Part shown: one piece after another, positions 1 to 12,095 of the stretch
Position numbering within the stretch: the stretch's first letter is position 1
Layout of the letters: every line of letters begins with the position of its first letter
Assembly (NCBI GenBank): GCA_964016885.1
Contig: OZ024762.1
Location: 27,404,001 to 27,468,000, forward strand
DNA length: 64,000 bases
Direction of reading: 5' to 3'
Origin: Eledone cirrhosa
Lineage: Eukaryota
Made by a program: the position numbers and the translations under genes
The notes under the pieces: generated by a model
Told to the model about the DNA's origin: nothing
Databases searched by the model: none
What the model saw: only the letters and a program-made list of their open reading frames with translations

Positions 1-479
1 CCTTCCTTTCTTTCTTTCTTTTACCTTGTGTCATGGGATCGACGTTAACCTATGCTCCCATCTCTTTCTGTTTTCGTTCATCTGACCGGTAGTAGCATAC
101 TATAAAATTTAGCCACGTCACTCCAGGGCGACCGGCTGAGGTTGAAGGAACAGAATAGCGGTCGCCCTCGGGTCTCGATTTTCAGCCCCATGGATTTTAC
201 ATATTACATTCACGTATTATATTTCGAATACCTGATGATATCACCGGATTCATACGGAACCCGGTCATTGAAATGATCATAGTATAATAAACCTTTCAAG
301 GATTTACACAAATCCAGCCTCCTGTCATTTCATTATAATATTTAACTCCGTAATAGCACCACCAACTACAAAAACAAAGACGGTTGAACTGCTTTACGTT
401 GAGTACTCTCTATATTATTGCATTACGATTGACCATACGGAATAGACCAGCTCTATACAGTGGTGAACCTCAAACCTGA

Positions 480-485
<6 letters not shown>
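1..485 (+). mobile_element. 3' part of a non-coding HHR-bearing element (PLE pseudo-LTR-like), same family as 33263-34098, with an extra 3' tail ending in (TA)n
   Basis: 1-338 is nearly identical to ~33758-34094; contains a type I HHR at 228-285; tail contains TTGAGTAC (399-406); ends in (TA)n. Confidence 0.75.
228..285 (+). ncRNA. Type I hammerhead ribozyme
   Basis: atac-CTGATGA-stem II (accgg..ccggt)-GAAA-palindromic stem III ATGATCAT-A-gtat; stem I atac/gtat. Confidence 0.75.
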
Positions 486-517
<32 letters not shown>

Positions 518-521
<4 letters not shown>

Positions 522-704
522 GTTTCTACTTTAGGCACAAGGCCAGCAATTACCCAGTGCATTACTGGTACTTTATTTTATCGACCTCGTAAGGATGAAA
601 GGCAAAGTCAACCTCGGCGGGATTTGAACTCAGATCGTAAAGGGACGTAACTATGCTGGAAAGCATGGCGTCCGACCCTCTACCGATACTGCCAATCTAC
701 CGCC
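518..704 (-). mobile_element. tRNA-derived SINE, near full length
   Basis: Minus strand has A-box-like TGGCAGTATCGG and B-box GAGTTCAAATCC, body GCCTTTCATCCTT..GGTCGATAAAATAAAGTACC and an AATTA tail; many copies in this window. Confidence 0.85.
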
Positions 705-755
705 CTTATATATATATACATAATACTGATACGAAGTAGCTATATGTATACGTGA

Positions 756-790
<35 letters not shown>

Positions 791-796
<6 letters not shown>

Positions 797-830
797 CAGG
801 AATGCCGTTAAAACGGCATTCCTGTTTTAA
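791..830. repeat. 40-bp fold-back palindrome at the edge of a (TA)n tract
   Basis: ttaaaacaggaatgccgtt-aa-aacggcattcctgttttaa. Confidence 0.85.
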
Positions 831-1106
831 CGACATCACAACTTTCTCCGCTTAGCCTGTTCCCCCCCCCCTTTGGAACTTTCCCCCGTTGATGGGCGTG
901 AGCCCGAAATATTGGGATTAAATCTCCACTACGGTAACCCTTCTACCTTTGTTTTGTTTTCATCTTTGTCTCTCTCAATTTTCACTTTCTCCTATTTCTC
1001 CTATCTATCATTCACTTCCTACCTCGAGATTTCCCTCTGCATTGTTGTGGCTTTGTAAACTACGTATTTTACACATTTCACAATGCTTCAAGCAAACTTT
1101 AACACC

Positions 1107-1144
<38 letters not shown>

Positions 1145-1312
1145 TATAGATAGGTAAATATACACGGCTGTGTATGATTGTGTATAGAAGATTATATTAA
1201 TAAGAGGAATTCCAACTTTGTCTGATTTACTCGTTTTATTTACAATCCTTTAAAATATATAATGGTATTATAATGAAATAGTATGATAGAATATTAAATT
1301 CTAAGTTTTAAT

Positions 1313-1351
1313 TGAACAAGTACTTTCATGCTTTCGCAATCTTCAGGTTCA
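1313..1351 (-). ncRNA. Minimal type I hammerhead ribozyme
   Basis: Reverse complement: tgaac-CTGAAGA-t-tgc(gaaa)gca-t-GAAA-gtac-T-T-gttca; palindromic stem III AGTACT; adjacent 17-bp hairpin at 1364-1401. Confidence 0.75.
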
Positions 1352-1399
1352 TAATATGTGGTGACAGTCGAGTTTGCAATGAAAATTGCAAACTCGACT

Positions 1400-2010
<611 letters not shown>

Positions 2011-2299
2011 ATGTTTATATACGTACGTTCACAATGATTCGTACGTACACACGTACAGATGGCCATACACATTGACAGATCGCGCTAGTCGGATAAAGAG
2101 ACAAAATGGCGCTAGATTATCATGCAGTGTACAGAAGAATATTCCTGTCTCTAGAACCAATACGAAGAACTAAACACAAAGAGTTTTACTGAAGTCGGAA
2201 GTAATTTCAATTTTGTGAGACCTCATTTCTTGGATTTAGCAGAGATACTATTTTCTGCATCTTCTATCATGCCAACTTTACGGAACAAATAGCAAACAC

Positions 2300-2347
<48 letters not shown>

Positions 2348-2349
<2 letters not shown>

Positions 2350-2448
2350 AACGAGTAGGACCCCGACGGCTGAGCTCAAGCCGTTTCGACGGCTAATTCT
2401 GGACTAAAGGCCCCAGTCCAGAATTAGCCGTCGAAACGGCTTGAGCTC
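2348..2448. mobile_element. Short fold-back element containing the 3' half of an HHR, inserted in (TA)n; relatives at 19671, 19988 and 27108
   Basis: Inverted arms around ggact-aaaggcccc-agtcc; GAAAC GGC..GCC GTC ggggtcc motif. Confidence 0.65.
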
Positions 2449-2614
2449 ATATATATATATATATATATATTAATGTATATATGTTGTATTTTGCAATACA
2501 CTGTGTGGTGTGCTTAATTAAAAGCATTTTGAAGACCTGACGCAATTGTTTTAAAGTAGCCACAATGTCACTTACTTCAATGTTCAGCATATATATATAT
2601 ATATATATATATAT

Positions 2615-2688
<74 letters not shown>

Positions 2689-3017
2689 GTGTGTATATAT
2701 ATGCATATATATATATGAATACGTATTTGAATAAATATATATATACATTCGTAAGTACATGCATACATACTATTACACATCTATACATACATTTATATAA
2801 TACGTACAGACATATCAACCTATATATATATGCATGCGTATATGAATACATACAAACATAAATACATACATACATACATACATACATACATACATACATA
2901 CATACATACATACATACATACATACATACATACATACATACATACATAGATAATTGTATATATACACATACATATGTACATAGATATATCTACATACATG
3001 CATACAAACAAACATAT

Positions 3018-3149
<132 letters not shown>

Positions 3150-3254
3150 AGAGGGAGAGAATGAGAGAGAGGAAGAGAGAAAAAGAAATACAAGTAAAAC
3201 TTGGTAATTAGCACCAGAAAGCAACACTATACAGGAATATATATTGAGTGTGTC

Positions 3255-4988
3255 AGCAAGCATGCGTTTTGAAGTGTTCCAAAAAGCGGGGCGGGGCCAA
3301 TTTTCTTTAACCATCCTTGGAAACTTTTTGAGATAGTCCCTAGTGCGCCAATGACAATCGGGACCACTTTGACTTCATGGCAGTTCCAAATCCTTTTTAC
3401 CTCCCACTTTAAGTCCTGGTATCGGTTAATTTTCTCCCTCTCCTTCTTTTGCACTCTTGTGTCAAAGGGGCAGGCCACATCCACAATCAGGCACTATTTC
3501 CCTTGTCCAAAACCACCAGGTCAGGTCTATTGTGTTCCAGTTTCTTGTCCATCTGTATCCTAAAATCCCACAACACCTTCACCTGATCGTTTTCTATCAC
3601 CGACTCTGGCTTATGCTCATACCACTTCTCAGAATGTGGTAAATTGTTTACTTTGCACAGGTGCCAGTGGATCACCCTGCCCATCACATCATGTCTCCAG
3701 CCTTTATAGTGAGTCTGGGCTAGGATACACTCGGATACAATGTGAGCCACAGTCTCCTCTCTCTGTCTCTCTCCACAGATCCTGCACAGTGGGCTAGCCG
3801 CCTCCTTGTAAATATGGTGTTTCAACCACTTCGTTTTGAGGGCCTGCTCTTGCGCAGCCATTAGCATCCTTCTGTAGCCTTTTTAAGGTCTCCTCTTTTC
3901 AACTAGTTCCATGTCTGTGGATCTCTAAATTCAGTTTTCTCAAAGAAGGTACTATGAAGGGATTTTTCCTGAAGGCTGCTCTTTCTCCTTGATGTTATTT
4001 CCTCCTTGTACATCCCCTGGCCTATTGTCCCCTCCTTCAGTACAGTTCTGAGCATTGGCTCCTTACTATCAGTCACGTATTTGTGTAGGTTGTTTTCTCC
4101 ATCTGAACACAGTCCTCTATGTTGATAAGACCTCTTCCACCTTCATATCTCCTTAAGTAGAGTCTATCGACATCACTCCTCTTGTGGAACATGTTGTAGA
4201 TAGTCAATAGCTTCTTAGTCTTCTTATCCATTTCTTTTTGTTCAGCAACATTCCATCTCAGAATTCCCGCACTGTACCTAATAATAGACACAGCTCGGGA
4301 ATTTACTGCACTTATGGCATTCCTACTGTTCAGATGTGACTTTAATACGCTCCTTACTCTCAGAATGTTTTCAGATCTTATCAATTCCTTCATTTTTTTG
4401 TTCTTGATGTCATCATCCTCCAGAACACCCAAATACTTGTATCCTTCTTCAGTGTCAATTTCCTTTATCATCTCACCTATTGGTACCTGGATTCCGTTGC
4501 TTCTGCTCAATTTACCCCTCTTCATCACAAGGACTCCACACTTACTAATACCAAATTGCATACATATTTCATTGCTGAAAATACGGACAGTGTCAATAAG
4601 CACATCCAACTCCTTCCCACTCTTCCCGAAGAGCTTAAGATCGTCCATGAAGAGGAGGTGATTGATGGTAAGCTCTCCCTTTCCCAACTTGTATCCTGCT
4701 CTCACTTTTCGCAGTATAATGGTCAGGGGAATCAGAGCAAGGACAAACAACAGAGGGAACAAACTATCTCCCTGGAAGATACCTCTCTTGATCTTCACGC
4801 CTCCCAAGGATTCTCTAGCTGATGTTAACTCTGTTTTCCAGGACTTCATACTTTTGCTCAACAACTGTCTGATGTTATCTGCCACCTTGAAGATCTCTAG
4901 GCTTTTGGTGATTCTAGAATGAGACACCATGTCAAATGCCTTTTTGTAGTCTATCCATCCCATAGCAAGACCAGTAAGTCTCCTCTTA
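3255..4988 (-). pseudogene. R4/Dong-like non-LTR retrotransposon (family A), 3' half: RT C-terminus, CCHC finger, REL endonuclease; frameshifted
   Basis: Motifs DYKKAFD, IFQGDSL, LFMDD, YKYLG, CRICG..HIVSEC, RHD, NRPD, K..RY, VVPIVIGALG. Confidence 0.9.
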
Positions 4989-5005
4989 TTATTATTTTTA
5001 TTATT

Positions 5006-5090
5006 ACGGGGCCGATAAAATAAAGTACCAGTAATGTACTGGGTATTTGCTGGCCTTGTACCTAAAATATAAACAATTATTATTATTATT
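5006..5090 (+). mobile_element. SINE 3' fragment with (TTA)n tail
   Basis: acggggccgataaaataaagtaccagtaatgtactggg matches the SINE body. Confidence 0.75.
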
Positions 5091-7400
5091 ACAGCTGCAT
5101 TTATCCTGCTTTATGTTCATACGAGTTATCACCAAGTCTCCTTCAGTACAGTTCTGAGCATTGGCTCCTTACTATCAGTCACGTATTTGTGTAGGTTGTT
5201 TTCTCCATCTGAACACAGTCCTCTATGTTGATAAGACCTCTTCCACCTTCATATCTCCTTAAGTAGAGTCTATCGACATCACTCCTCTTGTGGAACATGT
5301 TGTAGATAGTCAATAGATTCTTAGTCTTCTTATCCATTTCTTTTTGTTCAGCAACATTCCATCTCAAAATTCCCGCACTGTACCTAATAATAGAGACAGC
5401 TCGGGAATTTACTGCGCTTATGGCATTTCTGCTGTTCAGATGTGACTTCAATACGCTCCTTACTCTCCGAATGTATTCAGTTCTTAACAATTCCTTCATT
5501 TTTTTGTTCTTTATGCCATCAGCCTCCAGAACGCCCAAATACTTGTATCCTTCCTCAGAATCAATTTCCTTTATCATCTCACCTGTTGGTATCTGGATTC
5601 CGTTACTTCTGCTCAACCTACCCCTCCTCATCACAATGACTCCACACTTACTCATACCAAACTGCATACATATATCACTGCTGAAAATACGGACAGTGTC
5701 AACAAGCACATCCAACTCCTTCTCACTCTTCCCGAAGAGCTTAAGGTCGTCCATGAAGAGGAGGTGATTGATGGTAAGCCCTCCCTTTCCCAACCCGTAT
5801 CCTGCTGACACTTTTCGCAGTACACTGGTCAGGGGCATCAGGGCAAGGACAAACAACAGAGGGGACAGGCTATCTCACTGGAAGATACCTCTTGATCTTC
5901 ATGCTTCCCAAGGATTCTCAAGTTGATGTCAACTCTGTCTCCCAGGACCCCATACTCTTGCCCAACAACTGTCTGATGTTATCTGCCACCTTGAAGATCT
6001 CCAGGCTTTTGGTGATCCAAGAATGAGGCACCATGTCAAATGCCTTTCTGTAGTCTATCCATCCCATGGCAAGATCAGTGTGTCTCCTCCTGCAATTCCC
6101 CATTACCATCTGATCAATAAGTAACTGGTCCTTTGTACCACGTGACTTCTTTCGGAATCCTTTCTGTTCGTCCGGTAACAAGTTGTTTGTGTGGAGGTGA
6201 TGGTAGATTTCCTCAGACACAATGCTCGTCAACAGTTTCCACATTACGGACAGACATGTGATAGGTCTATAGTTGGTAACATCATTACCCTTGATTCTGT
6301 CTTTCATTATCAGAACTGTGGTACCTTTTGTCAACCACTCTGGTACCTCACCTGACATCAAGCAATCATTGAACATGGTTGTCAGTTTCGGGTGGAGGGA
6401 TGTTATATTTTTAATCCAATACCCCTGCACACCATCTGGGCCTGGTGATTTCCAGTTGGTTAGTTTTTTGGCCTGCCCCTTAAGAGTTTCAACTGTGATA
6501 CTGAAATCAGTTTGTTGGTGTGCCTGCTCACCGAGCTCCCTCTGTACTGTCTCAATCCACACTGCCTCGTCATTATGTCTAACATCCTGCTCCCATATTC
6601 CTCTCCAGAATGTTTTAGTTTGTTCCGCCTCAGGGATCAAGTTGTTGCCTCTTTCTTTCCTCTCAAGCTGTCCAAACTGCATCTTCTGGTTGTTGTCGAA
6701 CATGCGGTTCTGTTTATACTGACTGACTCTGTTCTCGTATCGCCTGATTTTTACACTCTTTGCTACAATGCGTTGCTTCAGTTCCTCTATGATAATATTT
6801 AGCTTTTTCCTCCTAGTTTTGTACTTTATTTCCAGTCTATTTTTAGTGACTATGTTTTTTAGTGTCCCATTCAGTAGTGACTCAAGCTTTCCAATGTCAT
6901 TTCTCATTTCCCTGATTTGACCGCTCAGTCGTTTCTTCCACCAAGGCTCTGCTCTTTCTTGTCTGTTGTTTCCTCTCGCTTTTATACCAAGTAGTTTCCT
7001 CACCGTATTTGCTGTTGCTTTGAGGATATTGTTGCACTGGTGAAGGCTCCTCGCCTCAAGGTATGGGATGACTTTGTTTACCTTAGCTGTTGTTTCTTTT
7101 AACTTTTTCCTGTCTACAAATCTTAGGTTCAAAGGTCTCCCACTATCATTGTTCAATTCATCTACCACTAAATTTAGGATGTCAACCGAATCTTGTCCTA
7201 GCCCGTCAGCATTCATCTCCTCAGTGGCCGTATCTCTGTTCCAGGTATTATTTATCTCAGTATTCAGATCATTGTCTGCTTCGGGTGGTTCCTCCGTTCT
7301 CTCGACCTCTTCACCTTCATTTCCCACTGGCTCGTTTTTGGTTGACAGCCAGGTTCCTGCTGCTGAGCCAGGGAGCACCTGTTGGGTGAGAGTCTGTCAC
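5091..7400 (-). pseudogene. R4/Dong-like element family A (N-terminal region plus RT), capped by a 48-nt 3' end of family B
   Basis: ORFs 5918-7378 and 5179-5856 contain KSPGPD, NYRPITCL, DYRKAFD and LFMDD; 5091-5138 matches the 3' end of the 15621-18600 element. Confidence 0.88.
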
Positions 7401-8571
7401 ATGACCTTCTAGTCTCCATTTCACCGTTATTCGAACTGTTTAGGTTCGATATTTAAACAGTCTTATCGAGGATTGGCGAATGTATGGTTACATAACCATC
7501 TGTGGATTCACCGTATCCGGTGGTTGCGTCGCTCCACTTGGCTCTTGTGTGGCATTATCACCACGCTGTAGACGAACACAAATAAACAAACAAACAAACA
7601 GGCAGAAAAAACCCCAAAAATGAATAAGCATAAGTTTCATTGTAATGTAGTGTTCGAATGTCTGACTTAGTTTTTCCCTTCTCTTCTCTGTCCGTCCGCT
7701 TGTTTCTCTCTTCATTCTTATTTTCTTTACGTTTTGTTTGTTTTTGTTTTTCTCTGTTTGTTTTTTTTGTTGTTGTTGCTTTTGCTGCTTTGGTTTTGAT
7801 TTTTGTTTTTTTCTTTTGCGTCTATCTATATATTTTGATGCCTTCCTCTTTTTTAGTAGGAATTCTATAATGTGGTGGCAGTGCTGTGCTAGCAGCAACT
7901 AGCAGGAAGCAATGGGAGAGATTAGCGGCGATAGCGATACTGAGGCAATGGTGGTGGTGATGTGATCGTATTACTGCAGTGACGGTGTTGTAGCGGTGGT
8001 AGCAATGAAGGAGTTGTGGCGGCGGTGATGGGATAGTGGTAGTAATGATGGATGGGCGGCGGCGGCGGTGACTGTAGTGATGGCGTTGTCGTTACTGATG
8101 TCCGTTCGGTGAATCTATGGGGTTAGTCGCGTACATGTGTTGACATAAATTCCCTTAATGTTGGAATTAAACATTTTGTTAAAACTTGGGACAATAATAA
8201 TAGTATTTATTATTATCATTATTATGTTGAGATTGGTTGTGGTGGTGGTGAAGTTGCCGTTATCTGGCTGTTGTTTTTAGTGTACACAGAGAGGTGATGG
8301 GGTAGGTGGTGTATCTAGTTTCTGGTGTTGGTGAGATTGGTGTTGTTTGGTGGTTCTATATAGTGTAGACAGAGGAGGGGGGTTCTTCTTCTTCCATTTA
8401 TAGCCATTTTCTTTTTTGAATATACAATGTACAATACAAAGTTGAATATTTGAATATTTGAGCCTTATAACAATATATTTGGGGTCCGAATTTTTTGGGG
8501 GCTCAAGCCGGATGCTTTACGTAACATTTGTACTAAGAGTTGTTATTTCACAAATGATTTAAATATGTTTA

Positions 8572-8575
8572 AATA

Positions 8576-8629
<54 letters not shown>

Positions 8630-8974
8630 TGTTCTTTGAGTCTCAGTCATTGATGTTAGTTAACTGGAAAGTTTGTTGAAATGAATATCAAGCCACTACC
8701 TACAGCCTCAGATATTCAGGACGTATCGGCAGGTTCTTGCGGTTCCCAGCAAGCATGCCTTTTGAAGTGTTCTAAAAAGCGGGGCGGGGACAATTTTCTT
8801 TAACCATCCCTGGAAACTGTTTGAGATAGTCCCTAGTGCGGGACCACTTTCACTTCATGGCAGTTCCAAATCCTGTTTACCTCCCACTTTAAGTCCTGGT
8901 ATCGGTTAATTTTCTCCCTCTCCTTCTCTTGCACTCTCGTGTCGAATGGGCAGGCCACATCCACAATCAGGCAC

Positions 8975-8975
<1 letters not shown>
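8572..8975 (-). mobile_element. 5'-truncated 3' end of R4/Dong family A, with 3' UTR and (TAA)n
   Basis: 8748-8975 matches 3255-3495 with small deletions; abuts (TTA)n. Confidence 0.8.
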
Positions 8976-9029
<54 letters not shown>

Positions 9030-9031
<2 letters not shown>

Positions 9032-9800
9032 AGTTGCATTTATCTTGCTTTATGTTCATACGAGTTATCACCAAGTCACAACCAGTGACCGCAAGAGACA
9101 ACAAGGTCCGCCATGTTCAAGAAAGAACATACATACACACATATGCATCTTTAGGTGTTTAGACTTGTGATGTACTTATATTGACAGAATCTTCCTTAGT
9201 ATATGGGCAGTTCCCATTAGTACTATCTTTTGTATTTCTCCTATACGCGGGTTTCCTGTGATTTGCGATAAGTAATCATTAGACCCCTAAGGTATCATTC
9301 CTAGACAACTGGTATTGTTTTAGTTCTCAATTTCCACATTTTTCCAATTTCTATCTCCAGGTCCTTGTATATACTTGTTCAATTTTTCAAATGTTTTTAT
9401 AGATACATTCTTGTCTATTGGAACGGACATATCAATTAGCAGGCATACCCTTTTTTAAAGTCCTTCAGTATTATATCAGGTCTATTTGCATCTATTTTTC
9501 GGTCTGTTTGGATGCTAAAGTTCCACAAGATTGAGATGTGATCTTTTTCAAGTATGGGAGGTGGTTGATGCTCCCACCAATTCTTTTGATGGGGCAGGTC
9601 AAAATGCTTACACATTATCCAATGTATGTATTGTGCAGCTCTGTCATGCCTTTTTAGGTATTCGGTTGGAGCTATAGGTCTGCACATTGAAATTATATGG
9701 TCAATGGTCTCTGGTTGTTTTTTACATACACGGCATAATGGGCTGCATTCATTTTTTATTATGTTGGCTTGGTAATTTTTTGTTGGCAGACACTGATTTT
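9030..9800 (-). mobile_element. 5'-truncated R4/Dong family B copy (CCHC/REL region, 3' UTR, (TAA)n)
   Basis: Reverse complement of ~17830-18600; KRHDRAAQYIHW and NRPDIIL motifs. Confidence 0.88.
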
Positions 9801-10032
9801 ATTATTATTATTATTATTGGCGACCTACGTAGTCAATCGTATTATCGTGAGCTCCGCAAAGGTTTGTTATTTTCAGTTGTTTAAAATTGACATTTATGGA
9901 AAATTTTTATTGTTAACTGTATATAAGTGCACATACATTGTTTTCTGAAAAGGACACTCAAAAAGATTGAGGCCTTGAGCCCAAAATTTAAACTTTTATA
10001 ATTATCAAAGAAAGATTTTTCTTTGAAAAATC

Positions 10033-12018
10033 ATGGACGACTCAGTGTCACACCTTCCTCACAAACTAACACCTCATACCGACACCACCATTGTAAATAT
10101 TACTACGTTTGCCAACACTAAAAATATAAGCAGTAGCAATATTTTAAATTTGTCTCATGCAGACATTCATTTCCCGCCATTACCAATGACTGCAGGTGTT
10201 AAAGCCGCCACCCCCAGCACCACCACAGCGACAACAGAAACAAAAGAAATAAATAAATTAACTCGTGATATCGAAATGAATTCAACCAAAATGAACTCTT
10301 CCACACCGAACACCACTGACGCCACCACCACCACAACTGAAACTAAAATTAACAATAACAAAAATAACGATAACAACAACAGCAACAATGAAATTAAGAA
10401 AACCACCCCCGAGTTTTGCGAGAGTAGCAAAACAGTGCGAAGCATTCCAGGTAACTCAGGAGGAATTAGAAGAAGCCAAAAAAAATGGTAAAGAAAGATA
10501 GGTACAGAGTCAGCCTCTCCACCACCTAATAAAATGAAGCATCGGCGCCTATGCACCGTGTCTTATCGGACGATTAACATAAAATCGCGCCGAGTAGAAC
10601 GGGCATCCGAGTCCCAAATCCAAAAAGCTTTGGGACATGTGTGGGCAAAAAAAACCCACATCAGACGTGGCCGACTGGAACGGGATCTTAGATGCACGCT
10701 GGGACTGTGTGGGATTAGCGGATAGAGGAGGAGGGTGCAATAGCCTCACCAACCTGCTCAGGCGTTTTGAACCATGGACGTGTTTTTGAAACACCACAGG
10801 AGGCCAGAGAACACTCCATGGCTACATTAAGAAGTGACGACTTCACACTCGTCCCAAGCTATTGTGGCCAGAGACTCGTAAAGATCAGGGTGAGCCACGT
10901 TCCACCGGCCATCGAAATTCCCTGGCTAATGGCTGCCGTCCTCGCCGGCATCGAAGCCAACACCAGGATAATCGAAATAGCGAAAGAAAAGCGGGAGAAC
11001 TGGTCCGGATCTGGGATGGAGCTCCTGATCCAAGCGGACCAAAAAAGTATTGAGGAGATCCCAGAGGTAATATACCTCACTGACAGCAGCCATAGACCTC
11101 ACTGACGGCACCGTAATCGTCGAGGGCAGAAGGCCTAGGTGTGTCGTTTGTGGTGAAGGAACCCACCTAAGGGCTTTCTGCCCTCAGGCTAAAAGGTTGA
11201 GGCCACCTCCGTTACCCACCCCAGTGACTCAACCACCGACACCACCAGCAGCAGAAATGGCAGCAACAGCTGTAGCAGCAACAACAGAAGCAACTGTAAC
11301 AGCAACAACCCTAGCAACAGTAGCAAAACCAACACCACCACCACCCAACGCGCCAGAACTAGCTCCAGCGCCTACACCATCCACCACGCCACAACCAAAA
11401 CCAACGCCTGTGGAGGATTTTCCACTCCCCGGCCTATCACAACTGGAGACAGATTGTGACGACGAGGAGTGGGAAACGGTATCAGGAAAAAAGAAAAAAA
11501 GAAACCAAAAAAGAAAAAATTCTCTTCCCTCCCTCTCCAAAAACAAAATACAGAGGTAAACAAATAAACTATCAAACAAAAAAGTTAGGACAGATATGCC
11601 ACCATCCACACCAGCATCACCAATCCCATCACCACAAACACCAACACCATCACCATCATTAACCCCAACACCACCATCACCAACACCACAAAAGTCACCA
11701 AAAAGCGAAACAGAAACAAACCCACAACAAACGCAAACAAAACAAAACAACCAAAACGATACACACGACACAGCATTAAATTTGAACAACAACCAATTAT
11801 TACACTACATCCAACACAACACCAGCATCAAAAGCAGAAAAAGACTACACAACAACCCAAAAGTTCACACCACCTCCACACATACAAATCACTCGCATCA
11901 CACAGAAAACGTACACGACACTAAAACAAAAATTCCCCAAAGACATCGGAGACTTCCGACAAACACTCTCCAGGAGGATTTATAAGGGCATCCTTCCGGA
12001 GGAGGCCACAAGCAGTGA
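10033..12018 (+). pseudogene. Tx1-type ORF1 (gag-like zinc knuckle), frameshifted
   Basis: Fragments 10033-10491, 10767-11105 and 11197-11559; EGRRPRCVVCGEGTHLRAFC knuckle; WETVSGKKKK basic motif. Confidence 0.7.
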
Positions 12019-12095
12019 AAAGGATGGACAGACCATGCTTCCTCTACGAGAAGTAAGGTAATTGGTCTATCCCATCTTTTCCACTCCATTTCAAC

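Noticed and set aside
4314-7412. Plus-strand ORFs overlapping the LINE sequences (also antisense ORFs at 12.4-15.4 kb)
   Set aside because: Antisense shadows of retrotransposon coding frames
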